From: an uncultured Burkholderiales bacterium
Lineage (GTDB): Bacteria; Pseudomonadota; Gammaproteobacteria; Burkholderiales; Burkholderiaceae_C
DNA: 58,682 nucleotides
Direction: 5' to 3'
Assembly: GCA_903850735.1 (NCBI GenBank)
Contig: CAINMN010000198.1
Coordinates: forward strand, 1 to 58,682
Shown piece by piece: positions 19,229 through 27,629 of the stretch. The first letter of the stretch is position 1, and every line of letters begins with the position of its first letter. Position numbers and translations under genes: made by a program. Under the pieces are notes generated by a model, which saw nothing but the letters and a program-made list of their open reading frames with translations, was not told the DNA's origin and did not search any database.

Positions 19229-20254
19229 TCAACGCCGCAGCCTGCGCGTGGACTCACGAACCACCAACTCGGGCGCTGGCACCCTTTGCGTCGGCTTGCG
19301 CCCTTCCACCAGGTCGACCACAGCCAAAGCCGCCTGCTGGCCAATTTCGTAAATGGCGTGGCGCACCGTTGTCAAGGGCGGAATGGTGAAGCTGGAGCTG
19401 CGCAAATCGTCAAACCCCACCAGAGATATATCGTCGGGCACACGCAAGCCGCTGCGGTACAACGCCAAGGCGGCGCCATACGCAGACTGGTCGTTCAAGG
19501 CCAGAATGGCCGTGAAGGAAGCCCGATTGGCCAGCAATTTTTGCACGGCCAACACGCCCCCCGACTCCAGGAAATCGCCTTCCACGATGAGCTCTTTGGG
19601 CAAACTCAAGCCTGCGGCCTTCATTTCTGCCTGACAACCGCGCAAGCGATCGACCGCATCGGAGTGGTCCGAGGGGCCTGTGATGCAGGCAATTTTTTGA
19701 TGCCCAAGCTCGATCAGGTGCCGCGTCGCAAGACGGGCGCCCTCGAAGTTGTCAAAGGCCATGGCGTGCAAGCCAGCGGCATTCATCGTGCGCCCTGTCA
19801 CCACCAGCGGCAAGCTTTTGGCCTGCGCTGCCAGGACTTTGTCAGGCATGGAGCCGGTGAGCACAATCACGCCATCCACGCGCCTGGCCATCAGTTGCGC
19901 CAGGCAGGCCTGCTCATCACTCGGACGCCAATGTCCGCTGACAAACAGCGGGGCGTAGCCAGCATCGGCCAAGGTGCTTTCAATCCCCTTCAGGCCCTCG
20001 CCATAAAACGGACTGTCAATGGCTTGTGTGATGACCCCAATGGTGCGGGACTTGCCGCGCGACAAACCCTGGGCCACAGGGTTGGGGCGAAAGTTCAGCG
20101 CAGCGATGGCGCTTTCGACGGCTTTCTTTTTCGCTTCACTGACGGTGGCCGTGCCGTTGAGAATGCGCGACACGGTGCTTGGCGAGACGCGGGCTTGCTT
20201 GGCCACCATGTCAAGGGTGGCGGGACGCTCCTCATGCGCATGAGCAAGACCCAT
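19229..20254 (-). CDS. LacI family regulator
   Basis: ATLDMVAKQARVSPSTVSRILNG HTH; PDDISLVGFDD, PPLTTV. Start uncertain (20254 chosen). Confidence 0.94.
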   Translation of the reverse strand: MGLAHAHEERPATLDMVAKQARVSPSTVSRILNGTATVSEAKKKAVESAIAALNFRPNPVAQGLSRGKSRTIGVITQAIDSPFYGEGLKGIESTLADAGYAPLFVSGHWRPSDEQACLAQLMARRVDGVIVLTGSMPDKVLAAQAKSLPLVVTGRTMNAAGLHAMAFDNFEGARLATRHLIELGHQKIACITGPSDHSDAVDRLRGCQAEMKAAGLSLPKELIVEGDFLESGGVLAVQKLLANRASFTAILALNDQSAYGAALALYRSGLRVPDDISLVGFDDLRSSSFTIPPLTTVRHAIYEIGQQAALAVVDLVEGRKPTQRVPAPELVVRESTRRLRR

Positions 20255-20336
20255 CAGTGCATCCCCAAAACTTTTATCAAGCGCAAACCCAGCATTTTCA
20301 GAGCTCAAAGTGTTAAAGCATTCTATTCGTCATGCG

Positions 20337-20374
20337 AATCCCTGGGTATTGGGCGAACCTCCTACCCAGGGATT
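20337..20374. other. Intergenic stem-loop (12-bp perfect inverted repeat)
   Basis: AATCCCTGGGTA-N14-TACCCAGGGATT between the lipoprotein and LacI genes; no clear U-tract. Confidence 0.65.
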
Positions 20375-20383
20375 GACAAGACG

Positions 20384-22189
20384 TCATTCGAAGATGATGC
20401 CGCCACCCACGCCCAATCCGTTCGGATACAAGGACGAGTCGCTTGTGGTCGTGAATTGCATGTCCGCACGCAACATTTGGTAGTGCAACTCTGCAATTTT
20501 CAGTTGCTTGAATGCGGCCATGGTGTTGGTCGTACAGCCGACAACCGTGAATTCATCCAGAGCCTTGGTGTAAGAAGTCAGCGCGGCGTTGGTCAGCGTC
20601 ACCGATGCTGTTGCTTTGCACTCGGCATTCACTGCAGAAACGATCGCCAAGGTCACTTTACAGACGCCAGCGCATTCGCCGTTGGTGCCCAAGCTGAATT
20701 TGTAATTGGTTGCCGAAGAAATCGCCCAACCATCGCCACCGTTCTTGATGAAGATACCAAAGCCCCACTGCGCCGTGTTGGTCTTGCTGAAGCCATAGCC
20801 AGATTGAATCTGATCTGCCAAATTGCCGCCCCACCACCAAGCCTCACCCGCTCCCGCTGTGTAGCGGCCTGTTGCGTACAAGCTAGGCAAAGCTTTGCCT
20901 GTATCCGTGTCGTAAGCTGGCTCCGAATTGGTCTTGACGCGCACGATGTAATTGGATGCAACGGCAACAGGGGCCGTCAATGCAGCTGATTTCTGCGCGC
21001 TGGCGCCAAGGAATTTCAGCTCATCGATGTAGAAGTTTCCGCCCGTTCCAGTCTCAAAGAATTCCGGGAAGATAGAAATTTTATTGAATGTTCCCGCACT
21101 GGAAAACCCCGTCGCGGTTGTGAAGTCAAACAGCATCGTTTCCCAAGCATCGGCCTTTGTGGTGTTGACTTTCACCTCGTAGGCAGCCTGTGTGTTGTCA
21201 GACGCATTTTCGATTTTGAGTCCGATTACTGCACCTACCCGCGGGGAGTAGACCTTCATGCTGACCATGGCTGCCGTTGACGACAAAGGCAAAGCTCCTA
21301 CCGAGGTCGAGTAACCCAAAGAAACAATGGCACCACCCCAGGGCTGGGCAGAGCTTGGCTTGGACAATTTCAGCGCTTTGCCCGAGGCGCCTGTTGGCGC
21401 GTTGGACACCACTTCACCGCTTGCACCCTCAAAGGGCGTGATGGTGGCGGTTGACTCGCTGAAGTCCATGATCGTGTAATTGGCGGCCATGGATGCCTTG
21501 GCCAACTTGATCACATTCGACACATCCGATGCCGCATAAGCTTCAGCCGCAAAGGGCTTGGCAGCGGTCAGGGCCGCTTTGAGTTGTGTCAGATCCGGCG
21601 TAGCCGAACCTACTTTTTCAGCCAACACAGTGGCCATCATTTTGGCCACGTTGTGCGCCGCAGTGTCTGACTTGGCGATGTAGTCTTTGGCAAAGTCGTG
21701 GTCTGCTGGCAAGCCCAGATCCGTACGCGCTTGCGCCTGTGCTTGAGACAATGTTTTGCCGTCCTTGATGTGGGTCGATACCACCGTGGTCAAGGGCGAA
21801 ACCACCAAAGGGGTGCTGGCCGGGGCCATCATTTTGTAGGCTTTGGTCAGCGGCGTGTTGGGCGTGTCCTCGTCCACGGCGCCAACCGGCACCTCTGCCA
21901 GCAAGTGAACGGCACTCAAGTCGGTTCCGGTGGGCGCTGTGACCGTGAAGCTGCCTTTGGTCCCCGTGGTCGCGGTGGGCTCCGATGCGTCACAACTGCC
22001 GTTGCCATTCAAGTCGATGCAAATCTTTGCGCCCTTGATGTAGCCGTCCATCAAGTTGCCAGTCAAAGTGCCACTGCCGCCTGCGCCGCAAGCGGTCAAC
22101 AAGCTCAAAAGAGCCGCCGAGAGTCCCAAGCCAACCCCTCGGTTGTGCAGCACCTTCTGTAGGCGCAGATCGGCAATGTCTGATTTCAT
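20384..22189 (-). CDS. Multi-domain lipoprotein with putative glycan-binding modules
   Basis: Lipobox LLTA-C; DGYIKGAKICIDLNGNGSCD..EP domain; CBM-like domain (QPWGG...MKVYSP...WETMLFDF...FYIDELKF); C-terminal WWWGG domain with four Cys. No catalytic motif recognised. Confidence 0.75.
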   Translation of the reverse strand: MKSDIADLRLQKVLHNRGVGLGLSAALLSLLTACGAGGSGTLTGNLMDGYIKGAKICIDLNGNGSCDASEPTATTGTKGSFTVTAPTGTDLSAVHLLAEVPVGAVDEDTPNTPLTKAYKMMAPASTPLVVSPLTTVVSTHIKDGKTLSQAQAQARTDLGLPADHDFAKDYIAKSDTAAHNVAKMMATVLAEKVGSATPDLTQLKAALTAAKPFAAEAYAASDVSNVIKLAKASMAANYTIMDFSESTATITPFEGASGEVVSNAPTGASGKALKLSKPSSAQPWGGAIVSLGYSTSVGALPLSSTAAMVSMKVYSPRVGAVIGLKIENASDNTQAAYEVKVNTTKADAWETMLFDFTTATGFSSAGTFNKISIFPEFFETGTGGNFYIDELKFLGASAQKSAALTAPVAVASNYIVRVKTNSEPAYDTDTGKALPSLYATGRYTAGAGEAWWWGGNLADQIQSGYGFSKTNTAQWGFGIFIKNGGDGWAISSATNYKFSLGTNGECAGVCKVTLAIVSAVNAECKATASVTLTNAALTSYTKALDEFTVVGCTTNTMAAFKQLKIAELHYQMLRADMQFTTTSDSSLYPNGLGVGGGIIFE

Positions 22190-22228
22190 TGGACGTCCTT
22201 TAAAAAATGTCGATGGTTGGATGATTTT

Positions 22229-22292
22229 TGAAAGCGTTTTCTGAAAGCGCTTTCATAAAGGCGAGAATAAATCTGTCGCTTGTCCCACGCAA
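22229..22292 (-). promoter_or_regulatory. Sigma70-like promoter followed by tandem LacI operators
   Basis: Minus strand TTGCGT(22292-22287)-N17-TATTCT(22269-22264); operators TGAAAGCGCTTTCA (22242-22255) and TGAAAGCGTTTTCT (22229-22242). Confidence 0.75.
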
Positions 22293-22325
22293 GACCGAAA
22301 ACACTAGGAAATACCCTCAAGCCGC

Positions 22326-24629
22326 TTATTTTTTAAGCTCGCTCAATCGACGCGGCTCGGCCATCAACTGTTGGCCGTCACTGAACTGAACCCTGCGGAC
22401 TTGGCTCGAAAAGTTGTACGCCCAGTAGGTGGTTTGACCGGACGCATTTCTGAACACGCCATAAAAGGGCGTGTCAGCCGTCACGTCAAGCACAGGGGTG
22501 CCCCGCTCGCTGAGGGTCAGCAACCAGTGCAACGTGTGGGTTCTGGTCTCGCCAAACTCCACGCTGCCCCAGCGCTGCCACTGCGCCAGCGCTTCCTGGG
22601 GTTGTGCCAGGGCGCGGTACTTCAAAAAGATATCGCCCCAAATGTCAGGCGGGTCGGCCCGCTTGCCCCTGGATTTGAAAATCTCAGATTCTTTGTCCAT
22701 GGCCTCCAGATTCCTGAGAATGAAAGCGGGGTCACGGCCAAGGTACATCGAGGCGGTGGTGATGGGCAAGAGATTGATGCCATGGATTTGCCGTGGCTCA
22801 TCCGTCCACCAAGTGTTGTGCGCATACTTGCCGCCAAAAAGCATGCTCACTTCCACATTCTTGTACTCCTTGGGAAACACAAGCTTGTACAGGTCAAACC
22901 AGTAGTGTTGAATGGCCTCGATTTCGGAGGTGTAAAGCCACACGCCCAAATCTCGCAGGGCGCGGTCGCCTTTCAGCTCTCCCCACAGGATCAGGCCCAC
23001 CCACGCGTTGATGGCCTCCGATGAAGACTCTTGGTTGTTGCCATCAGGACCCAAGCCGATGCCTGAAGCCCAAGAATGGCTTTCATAGGGATCGAAGTTG
23101 CGCAGGAAAGGAAAATCACGCCGCCCGCGCTCTGGGGTGGCAATGTCTTTGATGAGGAGGTCGATCATGCCCCCCCATTCACTGGCTTGCGCCCACTGCG
23201 GGTCACGCATGGCCACCTCGGCTGCGGCACGAATCCAGTAGCCATAGTGGAAATGGTGGTCGTTCATTTGCTGGACGCTGAAATACTCTTCCGGATAAGA
23301 GACCACCGTGCCCAGGTTGCGGTCGTAATGAAAATAGGTTTTGCGGCTGTCCCCGCCCAGCCATTGGGCCATGCGCCCCTTGACCAACTCCAGCAAACGA
23401 TCCCGCCCAGCGGTGTGGCCTTGCTGCTCAAAAACGGCCATCATTTGTGTCAACCGTTGCAAGCCTTTGCCTTGCCAATAGGGCCCCTCCCCCATGGGCA
23501 AAAGCATGCTGCGCGCCTGGCGCAAGTCTGCCGACATGACATCTTCGAGCAAGGCTTTTTTGTTGCCGGCATCCACCGCGGGCCAGTGGGGCAACAGGCC
23601 GGTGAAGGTTTTTTCAGTGCGAAACTCTGCGGCAGGAAGCAGTCGGATCAAGCCCCGAATGGAGGGCAAGGCTTTGCTGGTTTGCGCCAGGACAGCGTCA
23701 TTGCGGAACCAATGGTGCGGATACAAACCCAGCACGGGACGGCTTTCAGGGCCTTCCATGGTTTCGGTGCTGGCCTTGAACGTTGTTGTCACCTTGCTGT
23801 TTTTCTCATCGTAGTGCCATTCCACGCGTGTGTCGCTGATGAACGCATAAGCATGGGGCGACAGCTCCGCCAAAGTGGCATCCGATGGGTCCGGCAGCAC
23901 CAGGGCAGAAAAATATTTTTTGCCCTCTGGCAACTGCAGGCGCCAATGTCCCGGCGACCGCATGGTCCAAACGCCCCCTGTGGGACCAAAGACCGCAAAG
24001 AACTGTCCGGATGCGTCGACGCGAAGAACACGTGAGTCATCACCAACTTTAGCGCTTGCCTCCTGCGGCAAATGCAGGTCCACGTCGCCCTCTGAAAGTC
24101 TGAACGACACAAAGGGCGAGCCGTGCGCCACCGTTGCCTTCAGCTGCTTTGCACCCTCGCCACTGGCCACATCGATGGCCCAATCCGAGGCTTTGTCCAG
24201 CGTGGACCGCGCGGTCTTGAAATGGGTGGGCTGAAAGACCAAAGGATTGGCATGGGGGTAATGCACTTCCACATCCAAGCGCGGCGTCGGCACGATTTGC
24301 TTTTGCGGGTAAGCCACTTCCACGCCCTTGGCGGTAGGCTTGACGCTCAAGGGGTGGGCAAACAAAGCCTCGGACGCCTCCTTGAAGACCAGGCTGGCGT
24401 ACCACTGGTTGGTCGGGACCGCCCGCTCCAGCATCACCCCCGAGCGGTAGGGCGCGCTGGGGGGCGCTTTGTCACTGCCTTTGGGCTGGGTGAAGTATTT
24501 GCCCTTGCCCAAAGTGACGCTTTCCCCTTGCGCCATCGCAGAAGAGTAAGACAGCGCCAAAAGACAAGCCAATGCGCATCGGGTCCACAGCGCATGCCAG
24601 GAGCGGGACAGAACGTGGGGGTTTTTCAT
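22326..24629 (-). CDS. GH81 endo-1,3-beta-glucanase, exported
   Basis: Signal peptide (AMA-Q); PTNQW, MNDHHFHYGY, HSWASG, NQESSSEA, GINLLP. Confidence 0.93.
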   Translation of the reverse strand: MKNPHVLSRSWHALWTRCALACLLALSYSSAMAQGESVTLGKGKYFTQPKGSDKAPPSAPYRSGVMLERAVPTNQWYASLVFKEASEALFAHPLSVKPTAKGVEVAYPQKQIVPTPRLDVEVHYPHANPLVFQPTHFKTARSTLDKASDWAIDVASGEGAKQLKATVAHGSPFVSFRLSEGDVDLHLPQEASAKVGDDSRVLRVDASGQFFAVFGPTGGVWTMRSPGHWRLQLPEGKKYFSALVLPDPSDATLAELSPHAYAFISDTRVEWHYDEKNSKVTTTFKASTETMEGPESRPVLGLYPHHWFRNDAVLAQTSKALPSIRGLIRLLPAAEFRTEKTFTGLLPHWPAVDAGNKKALLEDVMSADLRQARSMLLPMGEGPYWQGKGLQRLTQMMAVFEQQGHTAGRDRLLELVKGRMAQWLGGDSRKTYFHYDRNLGTVVSYPEEYFSVQQMNDHHFHYGYWIRAAAEVAMRDPQWAQASEWGGMIDLLIKDIATPERGRRDFPFLRNFDPYESHSWASGIGLGPDGNNQESSSEAINAWVGLILWGELKGDRALRDLGVWLYTSEIEAIQHYWFDLYKLVFPKEYKNVEVSMLFGGKYAHNTWWTDEPRQIHGINLLPITTASMYLGRDPAFILRNLEAMDKESEIFKSRGKRADPPDIWGDIFLKYRALAQPQEALAQWQRWGSVEFGETRTHTLHWLLTLSERGTPVLDVTADTPFYGVFRNASGQTTYWAYNFSSQVRRVQFSDGQQLMAEPRRLSELKK

Positions 24630-24635
24630 CAGCTC

Positions 24636-24664
24636 AGCATAATGAAAGCGCTTTCATAAATCAA
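24636..24664 (-). promoter_or_regulatory. Sigma70-like promoter with a LacI operator in the -35/-10 spacer
   Basis: TTGATT(24664-24659)-N17-TATGCT(24641-24636); spacer holds the palindrome ATGAAAGCGCTTTCAT (24642-24657). ATG lies 6 nt after the -10. Confidence 0.75.
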
Positions 24665-24705
24665 CTGGGATCTTCTCCCATGTCGTTGGCTGCGCTGCCT
24701 TCGGG

Positions 24706-24846
24706 CTAAACCGAAGTCCAACTGCCGCCAACATCCCTTCTCAAAATGCCAATCAAATCAAGGTCATTGGCACTCGAAGCGAAGTCATGCGTGACAGGCT
24801 TTGAGCTGGTGAGACTTTTCGAAATCACGGCGCCCGAGGTGCTCTG
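24706..24846 (-). pseudogene. 3'-terminal remnant of a paralogue of the 7638-9680 gene
   Basis: QSTSGAVISKSLTSSKPVTHDFASSANDLDLIGILRRDVGGSWTSV* aligns with the C-terminus of the 680-aa protein (28/47 identical by manual alignment); cut off at the LysR stop. Confidence 0.85.
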
Positions 24847-24853
24847 CCAGTCA

Positions 24854-25753
24854 TCAGCCCTCTTGCAGCAAATCAATGGAGCCGATGCTTTCTTGAAGGT
24901 GATTTCGCAGCGCCTGTAGATGGGTGAGTTCCAGTCGCTCTTCGGGAATGTGCATGCGAGCCCACATTTCGGACACGGGATAGTCGTCCAGTACCGTGAC
25001 AAGCTGACCACTTTGAATGAACGGCAGGCTGGTGAAGTCGCTGATCAAGCACAGGCCATTTCCCATACAAGCGGCACTCATCAGGTGATGTGCGTTGTTG
25101 CTCATCAACAGCGGGCTGACCTTGATCTCTATGGGTCCCGTTTGGCTTTGGAAAATCCAGACCATTCCGGGGACTTGCAGGTGCAAAAGGTCGTGGTTCA
25201 CCAAATCACCAGGAACGCGCGGTGTGCCACGCTTGGCCAGGTAGCTGGGCGACGCCACCACATGGCGCTTCATGGTCGCAAGTTCCAAATTGGCCACGCC
25301 CGGCCACGTGATGGGCAGCAACACAATGGAAACATCAAAGCCTTCCTCGATGGGGTTCACCGGCCGGTCAATGGCCAAGACCTCCAGGCTGATGCCCGGA
25401 TGGCGTTCTTGAAAACGGTTCAACACATCGCTCAAATAGGCACCCAACATGCAGGTCGGCGCCTTCACTCGCAAACGTCCTTCCAGTCGTTGCGGCCGAG
25501 AGCCCATTTGCGCCAGCAAGAGATCCACCTGGCTGACTGCGGCGCGTGTCTTGAGCAAATGCCGCCGGCCAGCATCCGTCAAGGTCATGCGACGGGTGCT
25601 GCGTTCGAACAGCACGACACCCACCTGAGACTCCAGATGGTCAATGCGCTTTTTCACCAAGGACACTGCCACCTTGAGATGTCGGGCAGCGTTGGTGAAA
25701 TTGCCCGCCTCGACCACCGCAATAAAGGTTTTGAGGTTGTCAATGATGTCCAT
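24854..25753 (-). CDS. LysR family regulator (CrgA-like)
   Basis: NFTNAARHL...LFERSTRRMTLTDAG; VNPIEEGFDV; VASPSYL. Confidence 0.95.
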   Translation of the reverse strand: MDIIDNLKTFIAVVEAGNFTNAARHLKVAVSLVKKRIDHLESQVGVVLFERSTRRMTLTDAGRRHLLKTRAAVSQVDLLLAQMGSRPQRLEGRLRVKAPTCMLGAYLSDVLNRFQERHPGISLEVLAIDRPVNPIEEGFDVSIVLLPITWPGVANLELATMKRHVVASPSYLAKRGTPRVPGDLVNHDLLHLQVPGMVWIFQSQTGPIEIKVSPLLMSNNAHHLMSAACMGNGLCLISDFTSLPFIQSGQLVTVLDDYPVSEMWARMHIPEERLELTHLQALRNHLQESIGSIDLLQEG

Positions 25754-25875
25754 GGCTGCTCATCAGTTCTTGGGGGTTGCCAAACACTTTGGATGATCTC
25801 AGATTTTTCCGGTCAGCGGTGACGCACGCTCCATGGCATCACCTTGACTCGACAGGCGGTCACTGGTTTCTTATC

Positions 25876-26838
25876 ATGCAGTTTATGTCTGTTGCAGTCA
25901 CGAAATTGAAGGTAAAAAAGTTGTATTCACTCGGCCTTGCTTCCATCGTTGCTGCCGCTGCCCTCGTTGGACTTTGGACACCTGATTGGGACAGGGCCGA
26001 TCTGGAAAAGAAGTACCAGACACCGGACACCCATTTTTCAGACATCCATGGACATCGCGTTCATTTTCAAGACTCAGGCCCCAAAGACGCTCCCGTGCTT
26101 TTGATGCTGCACGGATTTGGCTCGAGCCTGCAAACCTGGGACACCTGGGCGCAATCTCTTCAAAAGAACTACAGGGTGGTCCGTCTTGACTTGCCGGGCT
26201 TCGGCTTGTCTGGCGCAAGCCCGCGCAATGCCTACGCAGAAGAAGACGATGTTCTCTTTATTGAAAATTTTGTCAATTCGATCGGCGTTCACGAGTTCAG
26301 CTTGATCGGTCACTCCATGGGCGGAAAGATTGCTTGGCATGTCGCGGCAACATACCCCGCCAAAGTCAAGCGCCTGATTCTGATGGCGCCAGACGGCTAT
26401 GCCAATCCGGAAGACATGGGGGCCAAACCTTACGAAATGCCGACCTTCATGCATGTCATGAAGTACGCTTTGCCTGAGTTTTTTGTCAAGAAATCGCTGG
26501 AGCCGGCGTTTTTCGACACCCAGGCGTTGAATGCCGGCTTGCTGACCCGGTATCACGATTTTCTCCGAGCGCCTGGGGTTCGACAGGCCATCATTGACCG
26601 GGCAAACCAAACCGTCAACACCGATCCTGTGGCACGCCTGAAAAGAATTAGCGCCCCGACTTTGCTTTTATGGGGCGAGAACGATCAGATGATTCCCCAG
26701 GATAACGCCAAACGTTATGCGCAAGTTTTGGCCAATGCCACCACGGTTGTGTTGCCCAAGCAGGGGCACCTGCTGCAAGAGGAGCGGCCGCAGGAGGGCT
26801 TGGCTCAGGTGCTGGCGTTTTTAAACGCGGTTCATTGA
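25876..26838 (+). CDS. Alpha/beta hydrolase with N-terminal membrane anchor
   Basis: LHGFGSS, DLPGFGLS, GHSMGG, PTLLLWGEND, GHLLQEE. Start uncertain. Confidence 0.88.
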   Translation: MQFMSVAVTKLKVKKLYSLGLASIVAAAALVGLWTPDWDRADLEKKYQTPDTHFSDIHGHRVHFQDSGPKDAPVLLMLHGFGSSLQTWDTWAQSLQKNYRVVRLDLPGFGLSGASPRNAYAEEDDVLFIENFVNSIGVHEFSLIGHSMGGKIAWHVAATYPAKVKRLILMAPDGYANPEDMGAKPYEMPTFMHVMKYALPEFFVKKSLEPAFFDTQALNAGLLTRYHDFLRAPGVRQAIIDRANQTVNTDPVARLKRISAPTLLLWGENDQMIPQDNAKRYAQVLANATTVVLPKQGHLLQEERPQEGLAQVLAFLNAVH

Positions 26839-26949
26839 CGAGGCAGTTTGGTAGCTGGGCAGCCCCCCATCATTTATACGTTGATAATTTTTATATCATT
26901 TGAGCACTTTAAGTCTAATGGGCTGTGGAGTTCGTACGAAAAGCATTTC

Positions 26950-26971
26950 TTGTGTGCGCTGGCGCACACAA
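26950..26971. other. Short perfect inverted repeat
   Basis: TTGTGTGCGC-TG-GCGCACACAA in an AT-rich intergenic region upstream of the Ala-rich ORF. Confidence 0.5.
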
Positions 26972-27021
26972 CCTCCCATCTGGAAAACTCACAATACAGT
27001 GTTTTGTTGTCGTAAATTTAT

Positions 27022-27531
27022 ATGCAAAACAATAAGATTGACCAACTGCAGAAACAGTTCAGTGCCTTGACCCTCGAAGTGGCGGACTTGAAAAAGGAAC
27101 ACCTCGAAACCAAGAGGAGCTACTCCTCTTCGTTGCGCGTTTTGAGGGATACGACAGTTCATGCGTCTGAAACTGCGCAAAAAGCGGCCAGGGCGGCAGA
27201 ACACTCTGTGCTGTGTTCTGAGAAATGTCTTAAAGCAGCCCAAACTGCAGCCCAAACCAATGTGGTGGAAGCAGCCAAAGCCGCCTCAGAAGCAGCAACG
27301 CACGCAGCGCACTCGGCCCTGGAGAGTGCCGCCACAGCAGCCACTGCCGCAGCCACAGCGGCCATGGCCGTGGCCAACCATGAAGAGGATATTTCCAGTA
27401 CGGCCTCTGCTGCTGCGGCAGAGGCTTCTAGGATTGCGGCTGCTTTTGCCGCTCAAGCTGTGGTTTTCTCAAACCAAGCGCGTGAATTTTTCGATCAAAG
27501 CATCAGCAATCAAAACCAAAACCGCCCCTGA
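27022..27531 (+). CDS. Hypothetical Ala-rich coiled-coil protein (169 aa)
   Basis: ATG start, heptad-like N-terminus, long AA-rich helical region; fills the gap before tRNA-Ser. Confidence 0.7.
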   Translation: MQNNKIDQLQKQFSALTLEVADLKKEHLETKRSYSSSLRVLRDTTVHASETAQKAARAAEHSVLCSEKCLKAAQTAAQTNVVEAAKAASEAATHAAHSALESAATAATAAATAAMAVANHEEDISSTASAAAAEASRIAAAFAAQAVVFSNQAREFFDQSISNQNQNRP

Positions 27532-27541
27532 AACGGGCTCT

Positions 27542-27629
27542 TGGCGGAAGCGGTGAGATTCGAACTCACGAACGGTTGCCCGTTGCCGGTTTTCAAGACC
27601 GGTGCAATCGACCACTCTGCCACGCTTCC
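27542..27629 (-). tRNA. tRNA-Ser(TGA)
   Basis: GGAAGCGTGGCAGAGTGG...CCGGT-CTTGAAA-ACCGG, long variable arm, GTTCGAATC, 3' CCA; 88 nt. Confidence 0.97.

Noticed and set aside
7638-24629. A true cellulosome-like complex
   Set aside because: The glycosidases carry no dockerins and no cohesin scaffold is recognisable; only the weaker adhesin/scaffold hypothesis is kept.
24706-25011. 101-aa ORF as an intact gene
   Set aside because: Its first half is an alternative frame of LysR; only the last 46 codons show homology, so it is treated as a remnant.
7618-27541. The glucan locus as an integrase-mobilised island at tRNA-Ser
   Set aside because: The position is suggestive, but I found no duplicated tRNA-Ser 3' end, integrase or transposase.
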